Assembly: GCA_965215045.1 (NCBI GenBank)
Contig: OZ244031.1
Location: 1,581,961-1,645,960, forward strand
From: Gammaproteobacteria bacterium
GTDB lineage: Bacteria > Pseudomonadota > Gammaproteobacteria > JABABF01
Length of the DNA: 64,000 nucleotides
Reading direction: 5' to 3'
Shown here piece by piece: positions 58,594 to 64,000 of the stretch. The notes beneath the pieces were generated by a model, which saw only the letters and a program-made list of their open reading frames with translations, did no database searches and was not told where the DNA came from. Both the position numbers and the translations under genes were made by a program. Positions within the stretch are counted from its first letter, which is position 1; every line of letters begins with the position of its first letter.

Positions 58594-60371
58594 TGTTCAC
58601 GCGCAGTCGCTATTGCGGCGATTTGCGCCCCGAACATACAGGCGAGCGGGTGCGCCTGTGCGGTTGGGTCGACCGCCGGCGCGACCACGGGGGCGTGATC
58701 TTTCTCGACCTGCGCGACCGTTCCGGGGTCGTGCAACTGGTATTTGACCCCGATGCAGGGGAGCATTTTCACCGCGCCGAACAGGTGCGCGGTGAATTTG
58801 TTCTCTGGGCGGAGGGCACCGTGCGCCTCCGCAGTGAAGACACCCGCAACCCCAAGATGCCGACCGGCGAGGTGGAGGTGCTGGGTGCTTCCCTGGAAAT
58901 TCTCAACACCGCGGAAACCCCACCTTTTCAACTCGATGAATATATTGAAGCCGGCGAGGAACTGCGTCTTCGGCACCGCTACCTGGACCTGCGGCGTCCG
59001 GCCATGCAAGGCGGGCTGCTGCTGCGCGCGCGCTTGTTGTCCTTGTTGCGCAAGGCCTTGGAACGGGAGGGTTTCTGGGAGGTGGAGACGCCGGCGCTGA
59101 CCCGTGCCACGCCCGAAGGGGCGCGGGATTACCTGGTGCCCAGCCGCCTGGATCCCGGCACCTTCTACGCGCTGCCGCAGTCGCCGCAGCTGTTCAAACA
59201 ATTGCTGATGATCGGCGGCATCGACCGCTACTTCCAGGCGGCGCGCTGTTTTCGCGACGAGGATTTGCGCGCTGACCGGCAGCCGGAATTTACCCAGATC
59301 GATATCGAGGCCTCCTTTGTCGACGAGGAGGCGATCATGGAAATCACCGAGCGTATCTTGCGCGAGGCTTTCAGCGAGTTGCTGGGCGAGGAACTGCCGG
59401 CCTTCCCGCGCATGGAATACGCCGAGGCGATGCGCCGTTTCGGCAGTGACTGCCCGGATTTGCGCAATCCCCTGGAACTGGTCGAGATCTCAGAGCTGAT
59501 GCGCGAGGTGGAATTCAATATTTTTCGTCAAGCGGCGCGGGATGCAGATTCCCGCCTGGCGGTATTGCGCGTGCCGGGCGGCGGTGCCATGAGTCGTGCG
59601 GAGATCGACGCCTGCACCGAATTCGTGGCGGAATTCGGCGCCGGGGGTCTGGCCTGGATTCGCGTCAATGATCGTTCTGCCGGCATCCGGGGTCTGCAGT
59701 CACCTATTTTGAAATTCATTCCCGCGGAGCAGACGTTGGCGCTGCTTGCGTGTTGTGCCGCAGAGAGCGGCGACCTGCTCTTCTTCGGTGCGGGTCCGAT
59801 CGCCACGGTCAACCAGTCGCTGGGGGCCCTGCGCGACCGGCTGGGTGCCGAGCGCGGGCTTTTGCGCGCGGGCTGGGCACCGCTCTGGGTGCATTCCTTC
59901 CCGATGTTCGAGCGTGACGAGGCGGGCGGTTTTATGGCCCTGCACCATCCCTTCACCGCGCCGCAAACCGAAGATCCGCAAGCGGTGCAACAGGATCCCG
60001 GGGCGCAACTGTCGCGCGCTTATGACGTGGTTTTGAACGGCCACGAGATCGGCGGTGGTTCAGTGCGTATCCACAAACCGGAGATGCAGCGGACGGTGCT
60101 CCAGGTCCTGGGTTTTGAACGCGCCGAGGCGGAGCAGCGTTTTGGTTTCCTGTTGGAAGCCCTGCGTTACGGGGCACCGCCCCACGGTGGCATCGCCCTG
60201 GGACTGGACCGCCTGGCGATGTTGTTCAGCGGTGCCGGGTCGATTCGCGAGGTGATCGCTTTTCCCAAGACGCAGAGCGGCTCCTGTCCCCTGACGGGAG
60301 CGCCCCGGGAAGTGGAAGCCGAACGTCTGCGCGAATTGCGACTGCGCCTGCAAGCGCGCGGGGCACGTTGA
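58593..60371 (+). CDS. aspS: Aspartate--tRNA ligase
   Basis: 592 aa with an N-terminal OB fold and class-II motifs (FRDEDLRADRQPEFTQID, GGGSVRIH, GLDRL). Confidence 0.95.
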   Translation: MFTRSRYCGDLRPEHTGERVRLCGWVDRRRDHGGVIFLDLRDRSGVVQLVFDPDAGEHFHRAEQVRGEFVLWAEGTVRLRSEDTRNPKMPTGEVEVLGASLEILNTAETPPFQLDEYIEAGEELRLRHRYLDLRRPAMQGGLLLRARLLSLLRKALEREGFWEVETPALTRATPEGARDYLVPSRLDPGTFYALPQSPQLFKQLLMIGGIDRYFQAARCFRDEDLRADRQPEFTQIDIEASFVDEEAIMEITERILREAFSELLGEELPAFPRMEYAEAMRRFGSDCPDLRNPLELVEISELMREVEFNIFRQAARDADSRLAVLRVPGGGAMSRAEIDACTEFVAEFGAGGLAWIRVNDRSAGIRGLQSPILKFIPAEQTLALLACCAAESGDLLFFGAGPIATVNQSLGALRDRLGAERGLLRAGWAPLWVHSFPMFERDEAGGFMALHHPFTAPQTEDPQAVQQDPGAQLSRAYDVVLNGHEIGGGSVRIHKPEMQRTVLQVLGFERAEAEQRFGFLLEALRYGAPPHGGIALGLDRLAMLFSGAGSIREVIAFPKTQSGSCPLTGAPREVEAERLRELRLRLQARGAR

Positions 60372-60380
60372 GAACAGGCC

Positions 60381-61100
60381 ATGGCGGGGCACAGCAAGTG
60401 GGCGAATGTCCGGCACCGCAAGGCGGCACAGGACGCCAAGCGGGGCAAGTTGTTTACGAAGATTATCCGTGAACTGACGGTCGCCGCCAGCGGCGGTGGC
60501 AACCCGGCGGACAACCCGCGCCTGCGCGCCGCGGTGGAAAAAGCCAACTTGGCGAACATGAACCGCGACACCATTCAAAGAGCGATTAACCGGGGCAGCG
60601 GCGAGGGTGATGCCGAGAGCCTGCAAGAAGTGCGCTACGAGGGCTATGCGCCCGGGGGCGTGGCACTGTTGGTGGAGACCATGACCGACAACCGGAATCG
60701 CACGGTCTCGGAAGTGCGGAACACCTTCAACCGGGTGGGCGGCAACCTGGGCAACGACGGCTCGGTGGCCTGGCAGTTCGCGCGCAAGGGAGAGATCCGG
60801 ATGGGGGAGGGAGTGCGCGAGGAACATGCGCTGGATATCGCCATCGAGGCGGGCGCCGAAGACGTCTTGGAGGAGGATGGCAGTCTGCGTATCCTGACGG
60901 CACCCGACAACTTTTACGAGGTGCTCAAGGCCCTGCAGCAGAAGAATCTTGCGATCGAGAACAGTGAACTGGCGATGGTTGCCGAAACCCTGGTGGAAGT
61001 GCAGGAGGACATGGCGGAAAAAGTACTGGAATTAATCGCCGCCCTGGAGGATCTCGATGACGTGCAAAACGTGTACGACAATGCCAAGCTGCCCGGTTGA
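60381..61100 (+). CDS. yebC: YebC/PmpR family DNA-binding transcriptional regulator
   Basis: MAGHSKWANVRHRKAAQDAKRGKLFTKIIRELTVAA... Confidence 0.9.
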   Translation: MAGHSKWANVRHRKAAQDAKRGKLFTKIIRELTVAASGGGNPADNPRLRAAVEKANLANMNRDTIQRAINRGSGEGDAESLQEVRYEGYAPGGVALLVETMTDNRNRTVSEVRNTFNRVGGNLGNDGSVAWQFARKGEIRMGEGVREEHALDIAIEAGAEDVLEEDGSLRILTAPDNFYEVLKALQQKNLAIENSELAMVAETLVEVQEDMAEKVLELIAALEDLDDVQNVYDNAKLPG

Positions 61101-61139
61101 CGATCTTTCTGCACCGGCCCCGGCCGCCGGGACGAGGGC

Positions 61140-61670
61140 ATGAACACGAGAGCCGCCCGGGTGGTGCTGGGGGTGGACCCGGGGTGGCGCACGGTCGGCT
61201 ACGGGGTGATCCGCTCAGACGGCACGCGCAGTGAACACATCGCTTGCGGCTGTATCCATGTGCACCGTTACGAGGGCGTGCAGCGCCTGTCATATATTTT
61301 CAAAGGGGTGTCCGAACTGGTGGAAAAATTTACCCCGGAGGCCCTGGCCATCGAGCAGGTGTTCTTAGCGCGCAACCCGGTGGTCGCCCTGAAGCTGGGG
61401 CAGGCACGCGGTGCCGCGGTGGCGGCCGCAGGGCAGACGCCAGTCGCCGAGTATTCGGCGCGGCACATCAAGCTGGCATTGACCGGCGTCGGTACGGCGG
61501 ACAAGGAACAGGTGTCGTACATGGTGCAGCGCTTGCTGGGTATCCGTGGTGAATTCCCCGCCGACGCCACGGATGCGCTGGCGGCGGCCTTGTGCCATGC
61601 GCACAGCAGCGTCGGACAGGTCGCAGCGCATGCGCCGGCGCAACAACAGGATGCCGGGGGGCGGGGATGA
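61140..61670 (+). CDS. ruvC: Crossover junction endodeoxyribonuclease RuvC
   Basis: VLGVDPGWRTVGYGVI... The start may lie a few codons downstream. Confidence 0.85.
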   Translation: MNTRAARVVLGVDPGWRTVGYGVIRSDGTRSEHIACGCIHVHRYEGVQRLSYIFKGVSELVEKFTPEALAIEQVFLARNPVVALKLGQARGAAVAAAGQTPVAEYSARHIKLALTGVGTADKEQVSYMVQRLLGIRGEFPADATDALAAALCHAHSSVGQVAAHAPAQQQDAGGRG

Positions 61671-62254
61671 TCGGTGCCATTCGCGGCAAGCTGGTGCTGC
61701 GTCAGCCGCCGGACCTGCTGGTCGAAGCGGGCGGCCTCTGTTATGAGCTGCAGGTACCGCTGAGCATTTTTGACAGCCTGCCGGAGCAGGGTGCCGAGGT
61801 GTTCTTGTTTACGCACCTGGTCAGCCGCGAGGACAGTACCAGTCTTTACGCCTTTGCCTCGCAGCGGGAGCGCGACCTCTTCCGCATGCTCATCCGAGTC
61901 AGCGGCGTGGGCCCGCGCCTGGGACTCGCCGTCCTGTCGGGCATGAGCATCGACGAACTGGTGCATTGCCTGCTGGAAAACGAAGTGCAGCGCCTGGTCC
62001 GGGTGCCCGGCATCGGTCGCCGCACGGCGGAGCGGCTGGTACTGGAAATGCGCGGCAAGCTGGAGGGCAGTGAACTGCTGCCGGTGGCCGTTTCTGCGAG
62101 TGATGCAGCGCAACGCGATGCGGTGCGCGCCCTGGAAACCTTGGGATATTCACGGCGGGAAGCCACGAAGGCGGCGGCCGATGCGGCCCGGGAGCTCCCG
62201 GAAGGGAACAGCGAACAACTGATCCGCGAGGCCTTGCGCCGCTTAGCCCGGTGA
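61667..62254 (+). CDS. ruvA: Holliday junction helicase subunit RuvA
   Basis: Start at MIGAIRGKLV (ATGA overlap with ruvC). HhH motifs VPGIGRRTAERL. Confidence 0.9.
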   Translation: MIGAIRGKLVLRQPPDLLVEAGGLCYELQVPLSIFDSLPEQGAEVFLFTHLVSREDSTSLYAFASQRERDLFRMLIRVSGVGPRLGLAVLSGMSIDELVHCLLENEVQRLVRVPGIGRRTAERLVLEMRGKLEGSELLPVAVSASDAAQRDAVRALETLGYSRREATKAAADAARELPEGNSEQLIREALRRLAR

Positions 62255-62330
62255 GCGCGTTCGGGGGCATCGTGGCGTGCGGGTAAAATGACGCGGCGTC
62301 CTCCACCTGTGATCCTTATGGTCCGCGGCA

Positions 62331-63398
62331 ATGAATTCTGCCTCTACTGAGCGCCTGGTCTCTCCCTTCGAACTCGCCGAGGAGGTGGAGCAGGGCACCG
62401 ATGCGCCTTCCTTGCGGCCGCGCTTGCTGCGTGAGTATATCGGGCAGAACCAGGTGCGCGAGCAGATGCAGATGTTTATCCAGGCGGCCCGCGCCCGTGG
62501 AGAACCGGTTGACCACGCCCTGCTGTTCGGTCCGCCGGGACTCGGCAAAACCACCCTGGCGCACATTATCGCCAACGAGATGGGCGCACACCTGCGCGCC
62601 ACTTCCGGTCCGGTGCTGGAAAAACCGGGCGACCTGGCCGGTATGCTGACCAGCCTGGAAGAGGGCGACGTGCTGTTCATCGATGAAATTCATCGACTGC
62701 GCCCACCCATCGAAGAGATCCTCTACCCGGCGATGGAAGACCGGCAGATCGATATCCTGGTCGGTGAAGGACCCGCGGCGCGTTCGATCAAACTCGACCT
62801 GCCGCCTTTTACGCTGGTCGGTGCCACCACCCGGGCCGGCCTTCTGACTTCACCGCTGCGCGATCGTTTTGGCATTTTCCAGCGCCTGGAGTTTTACGAC
62901 ATCCCCGACCTGCAGAGCATCTGCCAGCGTTCCGCCAGTCTGCTGGAGGTGCCGATCGAGGAACAGGGAGCGGCGGAGGTCGCCCGCCGTGCGCGCGGCA
63001 CCCCGCGCATCGTCAATCGCCTGCTGCGTCGGGTGCGCGATTACGTGGAGGTTCGGGCAGACGGGCGCATTACCCCGGATTCTGCCGCTGCCGCCCTGGA
63101 CATGTTCCAGGTCGACCGCCAGGGCCTGGACCAACTGGACCGGCGCATGTTGAAAATCCTGCTGGAGACCTTCGGTGGCGGCCCGGTGGGCATCGACAGC
63201 CTGGCCGCCTCCCTGGGCGAGGAACGCGACACGCTGGAAGACGTGCTGGAGCCTTTTCTGCTGCAGCAGGGCTACATCGCCCGCACCGCCCGGGGCCGGG
63301 TGGCGACCGCCCTGTGTTACCAGTTGTTCGGCCTGCAGGCACCTGCCGGCGCAGCGCAGCCGGGATTATTGCCGGAGCAGGAGGAGCCGGCATCCTGA
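62331..63398 (+). CDS. ruvB: Holliday junction helicase subunit RuvB
   Basis: AAA+ Walker [12 protein letters not shown]. Confidence 0.95.
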   Translation: MNSASTERLVSPFELAEEVEQGTDAPSLRPRLLREYIGQNQVREQMQMFIQAARARGEPVDHALLFGPPGLGKTTLAHIIANEMGAHLRATSGPVLEKPGDLAGMLTSLEEGDVLFIDEIHRLRPPIEEILYPAMEDRQIDILVGEGPAARSIKLDLPPFTLVGATTRAGLLTSPLRDRFGIFQRLEFYDIPDLQSICQRSASLLEVPIEEQGAAEVARRARGTPRIVNRLLRRVRDYVEVRADGRITPDSAAAALDMFQVDRQGLDQLDRRMLKILLETFGGGPVGIDSLAASLGEERDTLEDVLEPFLLQQGYIARTARGRVATALCYQLFGLQAPAGAAQPGLLPEQEEPAS

Positions 63399-63496
63399 GA
63401 CTTTCACATATAATTACAAGGCTGTCGCGTCCTGCACACAAGTACCGGTGCAATTTCAGGACGGCGCCTGGCGCACACCTTGCAAGCCGAATGGCC

Positions 63497-64000
63497 ATGA
63501 ACAGAATCGTCTTTTCCCTGCGCATTGCCGGCAGCCGCCGCCATTGCGTGCGCACCGCCCTGTACCTGGCGTTCCTGCTTTGGATACCCGCGACGCAGTC
63601 ACAGACCGGGGCGATCGATGAGACTGCACAATTGCCGCTACAGGAACAGATGCGTTACCTGCGGCAGGAAATCCGGCGCCTGCAATCGGACTTGGAGCAA
63701 AGCCGCGAACTGCTCAACCAGCTGCGGCAACAACAGCTGAACCAGTACTTGGAATTGGAACGCCGCCTGTTGCAGGTGGAAGCCGAGCGCGAGGCGGCCG
63801 CCACCCCCGCGGCCGATGCGGCCCGGGCGTCGCCGGCGCAGGGGCAGGCGGAGGCATACCGGAAATACCAGGAGGCGCGCAGCCTGTTGCAAAAGGGACT
63901 CCACGCACAGGCACTGGCCGCTTTCAGTGAATTTCTCTCGCGCTGGCCGCAAGGAGATTACACGGCGGATGCCTGGTTTTGGACCGGCGAGTTGTACCTG
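63497..64000 (+). CDS. cpoB: CpoB/YbgF-like periplasmic protein (coiled-coil plus TPR), 3'-truncated by the window end
   Basis: Signal-like N-terminus, Gln/Leu-rich coiled coil (LRQEIRRLQSDLEQSRELLNQLRQQQLNQYLELERRL), then a TPR-like region (YRKYQEARSLLQKGLHAQALAAFSEFLSRWPQGDYTADAWFWTGELYL). Confidence 0.6.
   Translation, partial: MNRIVFSLRIAGSRRHCVRTALYLAFLLWIPATQSQTGAIDETAQLPLQEQMRYLRQEIRRLQSDLEQSRELLNQLRQQQLNQYLELERRLLQVEAEREAAATPAADAARASPAQGQAEAYRKYQEARSLLQKGLHAQALAAFSEFLSRWPQGDYTADAWFWTGELYL

Noticed and set aside
58035-59201. 388-aa minus-strand ORF covering the FmdB repeats and the aspS 5' region
   Set aside because: It is antisense to two well-supported genes and its repetitive PRSPA composition derives from the 30-bp repeat.

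Overview
This 64 kb window comes from a high-GC (about 65-70 %) gammaproteobacterial chromosome and is densely coding. Much of it is core housekeeping, with two compositionally odd stretches.

- Left end (1..10.7 kb): the end of coaX and one tRNA-Thr(TGT) are followed by an unusual array of four tandem paralogous secreted proteins of about 670 aa each, with PHP-like HxH/SDH motifs resembling the DUF3604 family. Next come a parvulin-type PPIase-like gene and a HupE/UreJ-2-like membrane protein.
- Minus-strand cluster (10.7..17.5 kb): an aldehyde dehydrogenase carrying an N-terminal histone-H1-like tail, a GMC oxidoreductase, a DUF4345-like gene, bioA, mdh and a SPOR-like lipoprotein gene.
- Plus-strand housekeeping (17.9..38.8 kb): tadA, purL, mutM, then ggt, coaD and rsmD on the minus strand, then ftsE, ftsX, comEC, msbA, lpxK, kdsB, murB, an AlkB-like dioxygenase, uvrC and pgsA.
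- Islet (38.8..42.8 kb): an MFS transporter, tRNA-Cys(GCA), tRNA-Leu(TAA), a class-II Fic toxin-like gene and a TlpA-like redoxin.
- Ribosomal operons (43.1..57.1 kb): complete S10-spc-alpha operons, rpsJ through rplQ including secY and rpoA.
- Right end: an HU-family gene with a lysine/alanine-rich N-terminal tail, an FmdB zinc-ribbon gene with a long repeat tail, aspS, a yebC-family gene, ruvCAB and the start of a cpoB-like gene.

Five tandem-repeat blocks lie in intergenic or tRNA-flanking positions:
- 61 bp x3.7 upstream of tadA
- about 47 bp x3.5 upstream of comEC
- 18 bp x11, G-rich, between the two tRNAs
- 41 bp x6.5, AT-rich, upstream of fic
- 30 bp x12, in-frame, inside the FmdB gene

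The strongest leads are the DUF3604-like tetrad with its PPIase/HupE neighbours, and the AT-rich repeat/Fic/redoxin islet next to tRNA-Leu. I found no CRISPR array, integrase or rRNA. Many long antisense ORFs in the track are GC-skew artefacts.
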